A stretch of 63,000 bases of DNA, filler included, from Basidiobolus meristosporus CBS 931.73 (Eukaryota; Fungi; Basidiobolomycota), in assembly GCA_002104905.1 (NCBI GenBank). It is 3 parts of 3 records of this genome, joined end to end, with 100 filler letters (N's around TTAATTAATTAA, not from the genome) between each part and the next. Parts side by side here need not be neighbours in the genome. Positions count along the whole stretch, not along the records: positions 47,554 to 63,000 come from MCFE01001146.1; 2 more parts are not named here. One strand, given 5' to 3'. Shown in pieces: positions 50,244 to 60,900 of the stretch (its first letter is position 1; every line of letters begins with the position of its first letter). A program made the translations under genes and the position numbers. The notes beneath the pieces are model-generated. The model did not search any database. It was not told where the DNA came from and was given only the letters and a program-made list of their open reading frames with translations.

Positions 50244-50389
50244 GGCTCTTCATAGACAGAGGTACTCAGATTGTTACCTTTACTCTGTCCAGGAAAACTC
50301 AAGGCATACTGGAAGGTAGCAAATGGAAGACTGTACACCAGCTGCCACCTCAGTGAAGACACACCAAGATGTGGTCAGACATCAGCCAA

Positions 50390-50707
50390 ATCCATTGTCA
50401 GACTTTTGGAGATATCCAAAGTGATTGGAACATATGGTTTTCACTTACCAATATATTGAATGCAACAGTAGTATTTATACTTTTAGATGGTCTTGGCAAG
50501 ATAAACACATGCTATATGCTAGGAAGCTCCCAAGAATGTGTGCGCACAACTTTAGGAAATTTCATGTTCTTGATACCTGATATCTTGGTGAATATATTTC
50601 AAGTAAATCATGGCAGGGTATTAGGTAGAATTCTCTATGATTTGTAAGCTATGACCTTGGTGACCAAGTTAGGTCAGTGTTCAGGTGTAATTATGAAATT
50701 TACAACA
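50390..50707 (-). mobile_element. Old degenerate copia LTR at the right edge of the island
   Basis: Diverged match to the family LTR, with outer end ...TACAACA at 50707. Confidence 0.75.
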
Positions 50708-51813
50708 AAATCAAGAGTTGCTTGGTATCATTTGAATGCCCAGACCTCCCTTGTCCTATCATATGACCATCAAGGGAGCATCTGGCTGGAGTTCACTGCT
50801 GTGGCTCACTTGGCCAATCCATACCTACCAGTAAGCGGGGGGAGGGGGGGTTCCACCTAGATCCAAGTGTTGGGGAAGACCAGATCACTGTGGTACCCCC
50901 TTCCAGTTGGGTTTGGACAGGGAACACGTACCACTAGTCACCATATAGCAGCTTCATGGCAATTGGTGCGTGCTGTGTATTGATGAGCGAGTGACCAACA
51001 TGAAAATCTACCATAGGGAGGGAGGAGGGCGACCGGACAAAGCACTGATCGCTCTCATGGGATGGTGTGAGCATCGCCACGGCATGGGTACATCCATGTA
51101 GATCCAACATTGCCAGCCTCCCCCTAAAACCCGGTGGCTTGGCTCCATGGTAAGATTCAAGTCTCATCAACCATCTTCACGGCCAGTGGTGGACCAGGTA
51201 GTTTGGATACGGAAGCGGTCATGGCATCTTGGGTCATCCAGGTGAGGGTACACACCGCAAGTACCAAGCTGTGACCACATTCGGTGGACTCGGTTGGGCG
51301 TCAACACAATTGAGGCGACGTGCAGCGTTCCAAACCCAATTTGGATCCCCACCCAACCAGGTAGGAACTTGTCTGGGGGGGGTAGATTGTAGCCCAGGGG
51401 GGAGGAATGATTGGCTGAAGGGGAAAATTCACGAGCCACCAAACCCATCCCGGACAGAGCGGGTAGCGTGCAGTGGTGGCGAACATGGGTGAAGGATGAG
51501 ATGATCCGGTGACGCGATGATGGTGGCATCCTAAAGTAACCACCACGGTGATGGCGAGATTGACCGGGCAAGTGGGGTGATTGGTCCACCAGCTTCACAC
51601 TCACCGCACGTTATTTTTACCATCTGTCGGATGGGAGCGACCATCCACTGGCCAGGTTTGACCCTTGGTATGCATACGTAACAATGGCGAGGGGGAGAGA
51701 ATGCAGTGGATGGTGGGCCAGAGTATAAAATCCCTCCCGACATTCCCGACATGGGACTTCGTATCCAATCCTCGATCCTCGACCCACTTCCCTCAATCCC
51801 ACTTCCCTTCACC

Positions 51814-52425
51814 ATGGTCAAGATCTACATCATCATCCACACCGTTTACCACCACATCTACCAACTCGCCCTTGCCATCAAGGAAGGCGTCGAGAAGGTT
51901 CCCGGCGTGGAGGTCTCCCTCTTCCAGGTCCCCGAAACCCTATCGGAGGAGGTGTTGGCCAAGATGCACGCCCCACCCAAGCCGGACATTCCGGTGATCA
52001 CCCCGGCGCAGTTGGAGGAAGCGGACGGCTTCATCTTCGGCATCCCCACCAGATACGGCACCCAGCCAGGTCAGTGGAGAGCATTCTGGGACGCGACCGG
52101 CTCCCTGTGGGCCCGTGGCGCTTTGGCCAAGAAGTTCGCCACCACCTTCTTCTCCACCGCGTCCCAACACGGCGGACAGGAGACCACCGCATTGACCTCG
52201 CTGACCACCTTGGCCCATCACGGAATCATCTACGTTCCCCTTGGCTACACCTCGCCCCATCTCACTGACAACAGCGAGGTGCTCGGGGGCAGCGCGTACG
52301 GCGCGGGCACCATCGCCGGTGGAGACGGCTCTCGCAAACCATCCGCCAAGGAGTTGGAGGTGGCCAACCACCAAGGGGAGTACTTTGCCAAGATTGTCCA
52401 GCAGTATGTCCGCGGTGCCCAGTAA
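51814..52425 (+). CDS. Flavodoxin-like NAD(P)H:quinone oxidoreductase, WrbA/Pst2/Ycp4 family, 203 aa, intronless
   Basis: FQVPETLSEEVLAKMHAPPK, DGFIFGIPTRYG, FWDATGSLW, STASQHGGQETT, GGSAYGAGTIAGGDGSRKPS. TATAAAA lies upstream at about 51724. Confidence 0.95.
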   Translation: MVKIYIIIHTVYHHIYQLALAIKEGVEKVPGVEVSLFQVPETLSEEVLAKMHAPPKPDIPVITPAQLEEADGFIFGIPTRYGTQPGQWRAFWDATGSLWARGALAKKFATTFFSTASQHGGQETTALTSLTTLAHHGIIYVPLGYTSPHLTDNSEVLGGSAYGAGTIAGGDGSRKPSAKELEVANHQGEYFAKIVQQYVRGAQ

Positions 52426-52829
52426 TTGCCCCTGGAGCGCGCGATCTGCAACCTTTCCCCCTTCCCGCGGCCCCTCCCCTCCACTCCAACATCCACACCA
52501 CCCCTATGTCGCCACCCCCCCCCCTTGGTGCTCACATTCTCCATAATAAACCAACTCAAACCAACAAACCCTGACATCAGTGTTACATAAGTTGTGTCAG
52601 CATGAGACGGACGGGACCCGATGTCGTCATTCGGCTGACGTCACCCAACCATCCCTTCCTACGGGTCCCAGCGGACCAGTGTTTGAGGAATATATATTGT
52701 GGCCTGGCCATGGGCAGAGCAGAAAACTCCAGTAAACCAACGAAAGCCACGTTGGCCATATACACCCAAACACACCCAACCCACAGCCATACCACAGCAC
52801 CACATCACGTTACATCCCCCCCACCAACC

Positions 52830-53383
52830 ATGACATCCACTAACAAGGTAGGTTCATCGAGCTGCGACGAGAGAGAGGAGAGACTGACCCCTGGACAGGA
52901 AGGACCCTCAGGAAACACGCTCGCCGGTCTGAGAGACACGGTGTCCGGCAAGGCGAAGGTAAGGGTTGGGATTACGGGTGAACGGAAGCGATGGTAAGGG
53001 AACTAACCAAACCTTGGTTGCTTTCCGGTGTTTACCACGACCAGGAAGAGATCGGGGAGCTGACGGGGAACCCGGAGATGGGCGGGGTGGGGAGCTACGA
53101 GAAGCAGCTTGGTCAACAGGAGCTCGCCGCCCCGGACGGCCCGCGACTGAGAAAGGGTCTGGGAACGGGCGGCCCGAACGAATCCGCGGACCAGACGAAT
53201 CGAACGGTCGAGGATGATCAGGAGATCGATGTGGCCAGGGCCTCGGAGTACGCGGAAGGAGCGGGCACGAAGGTGGCGGGAATCATCGAGTCGGTGGTTG
53301 GAAGTATCATCGGGGACGAGTCGCTCAAGGACCAAGGGGAAAGTAAGAAGATCGAAGGGGAACTTCAGATGCGCAACGCCTGA
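52830..53383 (+). CDS. CsbD-like stress protein, about 138 aa; exons 52830-52847, 52899-52958, 53045-53383
   Basis: Two CsbD-like modules (GKAKEEIGELTGNPEM...GQQE and GTKVAGIIESVVGSIIGDESLKDQG...EGE), joined in frame by two GT-AG introns. Confidence 0.75.
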
Positions 53384-53634
53384 CCCCAACCCTAACCCAA
53401 TCTGACCTGATCATCCACCTATCCACCGACCGTTTGTCGCGTACACCCCCACTCGGGAAGGGAACCTCCGCCAATCATGGCACTTACGAAGGATCCAGAC
53501 AACAAACCACCCACCTAATAAACACCCATTCCCAGACCGCAATCTTGATTGGTCCCTCGATCGGTAGTTGTAAATAAACCGTGGATCGAGCATTTATTTG
53601 CCCATCACATATCGATATCGCCACTTACCGAGTC

Positions 53635-54675
53635 ATGACTCTACATCCACCCATCCCTCCCCCGAAGCCCATTTTCAGGGATTCGTCCGAGGGGCAGCCC
53701 GTCCCTCCGCCCAGACCGACGGCTCCCCCCGCTCCCTTTGACAGGGAAGACACGAACTTACACGAATGCGACCAAGAGGGCGTCGAGGGTAGTCAAGCCC
53801 GCACCTCACTCATCAGCGCGAAACAAGGTTGCCTACCCGTGGTGCCTCTGGAAGGGGGGAGGCGGCCCAACGAGAAGCCCGGATCCAGAAGAAAGGAGCT
53901 GCCCTCCCTGCCTGTGCACGAGAAACACGTCTACCGGGAGTTGGTGAGAGAGGGGCCAGAGAACGGGGCTGGACTGTTGTTGGAGGAAGAGGGAAGCGGG
54001 AGCGGGAGCGGGAACATGGTGAAGGTGGATCATATGAGCTTCGTCCGTGTCCAAACCGCGTCATCCCATCCAAATTCCCATGATACCAGGTCGGATACCC
54101 ATCCCGATACCGAATCCCCTCCTTACGTCAATCCAGCCGTACCCGTCAACTCTAAACCCCACAAATATGGTCAGTTGGTGGGACAAACCAGATCCACCAA
54201 ACCATTGCCGAAGCCTCGTACCACCTCGGGGGCATTGGAGCTGGCCCAAAGCGAGCTCAAGCTAGCCTACTTCCAGGTGAACTCTCTACAGCAGCGGGTG
54301 TCGAGCCAGCAGGAAGAACTGGACCGGCAGCGGGCACGGGAGGAGCAGCACGCGAGGGAGCGCTCCGAGCTGGTCCTGCGCAACCTGGAGATGTCGGAAA
54401 CGGAGGCCCGCCTCAGGGCAGAGATATCGGGGATGCGGGAGGCGATGTCTCGGTTGGAAACGGAGAACGCCCGCCTGACCAGGGAGATGGAGAAGCTCAC
54501 GGTGGAGAATGAGCGCCGATTGCTGGCGGTCGAGCGACAATCTGCCTACCTCAAGGCGGAGCTGATCAAAAGCGCCACGTTCGCCGACTCGGCGGTTCAG
54601 CAGATCCTGATGGGGGCCACGAACGTGGGCCAGGTGGCCGCCTGCTTGGGCAGCCTAGGTAAGATCGACCCGTAG
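53635..54675 (+). CDS. Hypothetical protein, Pro-rich N-terminus and C-terminal coiled coil, about 346 aa
   Basis: Long GC-rich ORF with strong heptad character from ELAQSELK to AELIK. AATAAA at 54741 downstream. Confidence 0.8.
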   Translation: MTLHPPIPPPKPIFRDSSEGQPVPPPRPTAPPAPFDREDTNLHECDQEGVEGSQARTSLISAKQGCLPVVPLEGGRRPNEKPGSRRKELPSLPVHEKHVYRELVREGPENGAGLLLEEEGSGSGSGNMVKVDHMSFVRVQTASSHPNSHDTRSDTHPDTESPPYVNPAVPVNSKPHKYGQLVGQTRSTKPLPKPRTTSGALELAQSELKLAYFQVNSLQQRVSSQQEELDRQRAREEQHARERSELVLRNLEMSETEARLRAEISGMREAMSRLETENARLTREMEKLTVENERRLLAVERQSAYLKAELIKSATFADSAVQQILMGATNVGQVAACLGSLGKIDP

Positions 54676-54773
54676 GCCGGGGTCGGGAGTGTACAGTTGA
54701 AGGAAGAATACGTCGGGGATGGGATGCACGTATTATTGTGAATAAACAAGTCGGGTTTTATTGATGAATCTTG

Positions 54774-55033
54774 TTATGTCCATTGATCGGGTTGGTCCTG
54801 CTTAATGATGGACCACAGAAACATCCCGTTGTACCCCAACACCAAGGAGGCAACGCAGCCGAGAGTGATCAGCGGGCTTACGCTGGGCTTCCCCTGGCCT
54901 TGCTCTAGAAATGGAGGTTAGTCCTGGCTCGAACGACATCCCCCGAGAATTCCTTACCAAAACTGCTCTCCAAGCCTAGCGAGCAGCCCACGAGCGCCAG
55001 GACGAAGAGAAGCGCGGGTGTTGGGTGGTTCAT
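54774..55033 (-). CDS. Small two-exon membrane protein, 68 aa (signal peptide + one TM); exons 55033-54958, 54904-54774
   Basis: 53-nt intron with GTAAGG donor, ACTAAC branch and CTAG acceptor gives MNHPTPALLFVLALVGCSLGLESSFEQGQGKPSVSPLITLGCVASLVLGYNGMFLWSIIKQDQPDQWT. AATAAA on the minus strand lies just after the stop. Confidence 0.65.
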
Positions 55034-55882
55034 GATGGCACGGAAGAGAGCGCGTGTCGGTGCGGCTATATATGGCACCGTCGGATGCAGGAGCGTTTCG
55101 AGGACCACTTGGAACCGCAATCCATGGTAACTTGGAGCGTTGAAACGCAGATGAGACGTACATGTCGCAAGCGGGCCTCACATCATTTCCAATTAGGAGC
55201 CAATCGATATCTGGGATCCATTTGATGGCCATTTGATGGCCATTTGAGGGATTAATTGAGCCAAAAGCTGGTCGAGCTATCTTTCCATAAATGGGCCACC
55301 AGTTAGACTACATCAACATGGAATAGGAAGGCAGGAAAGGTGGACAGACTCTAGATGCGATCAGTGAATGCGTCATCAATAGGCATCCTCCTCAGCACCA
55401 ACACCCACACCCGCGGTTGAATCTTGAACACCGCCACATTCCGGAATCAACGGCCAGGATCAGAAGCCACCAGGCTACACAGGTATCTGGCTCGTATCGT
55501 GTCGAGGATCAATAAGGATTGATTGAATGGAAATTCGACACCGCTTCTCGCCATAAACAGCTGTCGACGCATTCTCGGATACGACCAGATCTACGTATTT
55601 TGGGAATGAGGTTGGGATCATGAACGAGCACTCAGATCTACGCATTTGGGAATGCAGTTGTGATCATGGATGAGCACTTCATTCGCTCACCGGTGATTCA
55701 GATTCAATTTCAATACCAGGGACTTCGTAATGGGTGACATCAGGCGGTTCTGGCCAATCAGGGCCGCGATCCCGATAGCCACCTTATGGGGAGTCGCTGG
55801 TGTCGATAAAGCATGGCCGAGGAGTATAAATGGGCCGCACCCGCTGAATCATCCCCTCGTAATTCCCATTCGATCCATTGAA

Positions 55883-57562
55883 ATGCCTGGATTCACAGTC
55901 AACACTGTCCCCACCACTCCATACGAAGGCCAGAAGCCGGGCACCTCCGGCTTGCGTAAGCGAGTCAAAGTGTTCCAACAAAAGAATTACACCGAGAACT
56001 TCATCCAGGCCACCTTGGCCGCCATGCCCGCCCCCGGGGCCAAGGGAAGCACCTTGGTGGTAGGTGGTGATGGCAGATACTACTCCAAGGACGCCATCCA
56101 GATCATCATCCGCCTTGCCGCCGGCAACGGCGTCACCAAGCTCATCATCGGCAGAAACGGCATCCTCTCCACCCCCGCCGCCTCCAACCTCATCCGCAAG
56201 CGCAAGGTCTCCGGAGGCATCCTCCTCACCGCCTCTCACAACCCCGGAGGCCCCGAGAACGACTTCGGCATCAAGTACAACATCAGCAACGGCGGGCCTG
56301 CCCCCGAGGCCGTCACCGACGCCATCTACGAGAAGACCACCCAGATCAAGGAGTACTACGAGAGCAACATCCCCGAGGTTGATCTCAACCAGATCGGGGA
56401 GCAGAGCTTCGACGGATTCTCGGTCGAGATCGTCGACTCGGTCGCCGATTACGTCGAGATGTCCAAGGAGATCTTCGACTTCCCCAAGATCAAGGAGTTC
56501 TTCCAGAAGCGCCCCGAGTTCAAGGTTCTCTTCGACGGCATGCACGGAGTGACCGGCCCCTACGGACAACGGATCTTTGTCGAGGAGCTCGGCCTCCCCG
56601 CCACCTCGGTCATGAACTGCGTGCCCAAGGAAGACTTCGGCGGTGGCCATCCCGACCCCAACCTCACCTACGCTCACGAGCTCGTCGAGAGAGTCGAGAA
56701 GGAGAACATCCACTTCGGAGCCGCCTCCGACGGTGACGGTGATCGTAACATGATCATCGGCAAGGGATGCTTTGTCACCCCCTCGGACTCTGTGGCCGTC
56801 ATCGCCGCCCACGCCGAATCCATCCCCTACTTCAGAAAGAACGGTGTCAAGGGACTTGCCAGAAGCATGCCCACCAGCACCGCACTCGACCGCGTCGCCC
56901 AGAAGAAGGGCTTGGAGTACTTCGAGGTCCCCACCGGATGGAAGTTCTTCGGCAACCTCATGGATGCCGATCGTCTCTCCATCTGCGGTGAGGAATCGTT
57001 CGGAACCGGATCGAACCACATCCGCGAGAAGGACGGCATCTGGGCCATCCTCGCCTGGTTGAACATCTTGGCTGCCGAGAACGACAAGAACGCCCAGGTC
57101 GGGATCAAGGACATCTTGGCCGAGCACTACCACACCTACGGCCGCAACTTCTTCACTCGCTACGACTACGAGGAGGTGGACTCCGCCGCTGCCGGCAAGA
57201 TGGTCGACCACTTGAACGAGTATCTCACCACCAAGAAGGCCGAGTTCATCGGCACCAGCTTTGGTGAGTTCAAGGTTGCCGACGCCGACAACTTCTCCTA
57301 CACCGACCCCATCGACAACAGCGTTTCCAAGAACCAGGGCATCCGTATCATCTTCAGCGACAGCTCTCGCATCATCTTCCGTCTCAGCGGCACCGGCTCC
57401 CAAGGGGCCACCATCCGCTTGTACATCGAGAAGTACGAGTCCGATCCATCCAAGTACGACTTGGACGCCCAGGTCGCCTTGAAGCCATTGGTTGAACAGG
57501 CCCTCACTCTCTCGCAGCTGACCAAGTTCACTGGCCGTGAAAGACCCACCGTCATCACATAA
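55883..57562 (+). CDS. PGM: Phosphoglucomutase, 559 aa, intronless (true start MPGFTV at 55883)
   Basis: [11 protein letters not shown], catalytic TASHNP, metal loop DGDGDR, sugar-binding GEESF and RLSGTG. TATAAAT at about 55826 lies inside the over-extended ORF. Confidence 0.97.
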   Translation: MPGFTVNTVPTTPYEGQKPGTSGLRKRVKVFQQKNYTENFIQATLAAMPAPGAKGSTLVVGGDGRYYSKDAIQIIIRLAAGNGVTKLIIGRNGILSTPAASNLIRKRKVSGGILLTASHNPGGPENDFGIKYNISNGGPAPEAVTDAIYEKTTQIKEYYESNIPEVDLNQIGEQSFDGFSVEIVDSVADYVEMSKEIFDFPKIKEFFQKRPEFKVLFDGMHGVTGPYGQRIFVEELGLPATSVMNCVPKEDFGGGHPDPNLTYAHELVERVEKENIHFGAASDGDGDRNMIIGKGCFVTPSDSVAVIAAHAESIPYFRKNGVKGLARSMPTSTALDRVAQKKGLEYFEVPTGWKFFGNLMDADRLSICGEESFGTGSNHIREKDGIWAILAWLNILAAENDKNAQVGIKDILAEHYHTYGRNFFTRYDYEEVDSAAAGKMVDHLNEYLTTKKAEFIGTSFGEFKVADADNFSYTDPIDNSVSKNQGIRIIFSDSSRIIFRLSGTGSQGATIRLYIEKYESDPSKYDLDAQVALKPLVEQALTLSQLTKFTGRERPTVIT

Positions 57563-57924
57563 GCGAACTCGTCCACCGACCCTCACCTATGTACATACAT
57601 ATTCCCTTAATTCACCTCTTCCAATATCGTGAATAATTATCGTGAATAATAAATCCAATCCATTTTTCCATTCATTGTTGATTCCCCATGCCTCCGTAGT
57701 CGATTTGTTTTTCACCTGTCGACCGGCATCTTGATTGCCAAAAATATTGATGAAAAAATATCCCAGTCCGGAAGCCAATGATCGTCCTGTCGAGACTTCC
57801 ATCGACAAAAAAATCCCAATTCCTGATGTGCGAGCGTTCGGCAACGAAGAGGGGGGGGGGGGGGGGGGGATCGCTATATCTGGATTGATCCAGGTTCGTT
57901 CTTGGAAGTGTCAGTATTTTCGAC

Positions 57925-60900
57925 ATGGACTACGCAAACGTGCTGAAGGAACTGGAGGAAGCCTGTGCCGACTTTCATGTGAGTTGACCTGTGAGTGTGC
58001 GGTCTTCGCTTTCGTTGGTTAATGGACTTTGCTTGTTCAGGTGCCCGCCACCAGAGTGGCTGCGGAGCAGACGTTGCTAGCCTTCCAAAAGACCCCCAAT
58101 GTTCTACCCGTTTGCCAATACATTCTCGGTAAGTCCTCCCTTCCCCCTTCCTCCGTCCCCTCCGCCTCCGCCTCCCCCTTCAAGCCGAGCGAACCCCCTA
58201 TCCCACCCTTCGTCGCGCCTTTGCTCACAGGTTTCTTCATTCCACTCCACCAAGAACACGCCACCAACTCCATGTTGCTCTTCCACGCGGTCACCGCGAT
58301 GAAGGAGTGCTTCGCTCGGGAATACGCCGACCTGGACAAACCGAAGGTCACCGAGTTGAAGAATTATCTTCTCAACTACGTTTTCCAGAAACCAACGTGA
58401 GTCAGCCTCCCCCTCCTCATTGCATCTGCTCTCCGTACCCTCGACGGAGCCTACCACCCCAACCCGACCCTACCGACCTTGCTGACCCGCTTCAACCACC
58501 AATCTAGCCTGGAAAGATATGTTTGTGAGCAGGTTCTTCAGGTGATATCTCTTTCCAAGCCTTAGCCACCCCGTTACCTCGACTCAACACCCTTTCTCAG
58601 GTAGTTGCGGTTATCATGAAGAGAAGCTGGCAGGATCTCTCGGACGAAGAGAAGGAGTCGGCCTTCCAAGGGATCCTTGGGCTTATCCAAGCCAATGCTC
58701 ACGGGGTAACTGCAACCATGCTCTTGACTCCGCAAAACCAGCCATTCACCCAATCCACCTTCCACAGCAAACCCTCGGGATCCGATTGTTCAGTGCGCTG
58801 ACCGACGAGTTCTCCAGCACGAAGGCCAGCAGCATCGGACTATCCTGGGATTTCCATTTTGCCTGCAAACAATCCTTCGAGGTAGGCCATCATTCCCTTC
58901 CCCTTCCCCTTCCCCTTCCTCCGCAACCATTAACTGACCAACTCACTTCCCTCGATCTAGCGCGTTTATCTTCGAAAAATCCTGGAGCAGGACTTGAAGA
59001 TCCTGCACGAGCAGCTCAGCCGTGGAGACGCTCTTCACGGGGCCAAATGCTCCGAGGGGCTGAAGGCAACGGTCTCGCTGGCGGAGCGGATCCTGACTTG
59101 GGAGTTTAGTGAGCAATGTCGGTTCAGCGACCGCCACGCCGTTCATCTAGTTCGACCTTACTAACCCATCTGAACTCTACAGGCGGTCAGCTCATGGTCG
59201 GCTCCTTCGGGGACGCCAGCGACGAGTTGGTGAAGAAGTTGGTCCTTCCGGAAGATTGGACCGAGATCCTGTTGAACCACGATGTGCTGAACCTCTTTTT
59301 CCAGGTAGGTCGATTTCCATCTCTCGTGACTCACGGTCTGCGGACTGACCCCGGACGTGGCGTAGCTTTATACAGTGGTCCAGAGGGACGAGGGGGCCGC
59401 CAATCACTCTAGACAATGCCTGGTTCAGCTGTCCGGGCTTCGGGGGCCAATGTTCGCGAATGAGGAGGTTCTTTGCTCGTACGCTTCGTGCATGCTGAGA
59501 GGGCAGCTGCAGTTGATCACCAGGTAAGCATGTGTGGCTTATTTCGCCAGCCCACCCTCCGCTCACACCCATTCCCTCAGCCTTTCGGGCATGATCCACC
59601 AAGAGAACTTCGAGTTCGGGCCAGCAGTGTTGGGCGTGTGCGAGATGATCAATCGCTTGGTCGATACCGTCAAGCTGGCCGTGCTCTGTCAGATGTCGGA
59701 GTTCTTCCAGTACATGACGGAGATCGGCAAGCTCACCTCCACCTGCCTCCAGCACGCGGCAACCGAGGTTGATGATACCTGGAATATGGAGGCGTTCGAT
59801 CAGCTGCTCGAGATGTGGGTCACTCTAGGTAAGTGCCTAAACCGTATGCGTGCCGCTGCTCGGGCTAATCCCGGCTAGTTTCCAAGGCCACCGACCCTTA
59901 CCAGTCGGACGCCGAGCCTCTGAAGTCGTCCGGATTCATCCCATTCCTCACCAACGCCAGCTCCCACGTGGTTGAAGCCTACGTCCAGGTGCGTCTAGAA
60001 ATAGCCAAGCAGTTCATCGAGGACTTCGACGAGGACGACGGGAATTTCAAAGACCAGGTAGGCCGCTTCTCCTCCCGTCTGCTCATTGCGCCATACGCTG
60101 ACCCATTCTTCCAGGACATGTACGCCGATCAGCTGATCGGCGTTGCCACGCTGGCTCGCATGAATCCCAAGCAGTCGATCGAGGCGCTCGACGGCCTGCT
60201 GAGACAGAAGTTCGATCTACTTCGCAGCCATTACCAGTCCAGCCACGCCCAGTTCGGCGACCAGCATTCGGTGCTGCTTCACGAGCAGATCCACTGGCTC
60301 TTGCTGATCGCGGGTCATGTGCTGTGCGATGGCGGGCAAGGCGAGAAGCCACTCGTCCCTGACTCCCTCATGCGGCTTTCCGTAGCGCAGGACAATTCCG
60401 AAAACAACGCGATCGTCTCTCTTTCCTCCGCAGTGTTCTCGATGCTCGAGTTCCTGTCTCTGGACCCACATGAGCCAATGGTAAGCCGTCCTCAATCCAC
60501 TTTCCATCGCTGCTCCTGACCGGCCCCTCCAGGCCACCTTCTGCAGCCCTCTAGTCGCCGAAACCCTCTTCTGGTTCATCGAGCGGTGGTCGCGCACCTA
60601 TCTTCTCATCGAGCCGCAAGAATACAGTCATATCAGGTAGCGCAGCGTGCAGACCCTTGATCCCTGCAACCTACTCATCCTCCTCCTCCACCACCCCAGC
60701 GCCAGTCTAGCACAGGCGTTTGGAAACGGCGTCGGCGGCCAGACTATTCTGGTCGCGCTCGTTGACAAGCTGCAGAGCAACTTCTACCAATGGAACGCCG
60801 AGGAAGAGGTGTTGATCCAGGTAGATTGGCCACTCAGAACCTCCTCATACACAGCAACTAACCATGACAACCCAGCTGATCAAAATCATCAACACGTTCG

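Noticed and set aside
55730-55882. 51-aa N-terminal extension of PGM in the ORF track
   Set aside because: It contains the TATA box, and family homology begins at MPGFTV (55883).
55784-57586. 600-aa antisense ORF over PGM
   Set aside because: Expected consequence of strong C-ending codon bias on the sense strand; no independent features.
58129-58254. 126-nt in-frame XPO4 intron with an internal CAG|GT (possible recursive or alternative acceptor)
   Set aside because: The internal AG is only about 3 nt from the likely branch site, and homology fits the distal acceptor.
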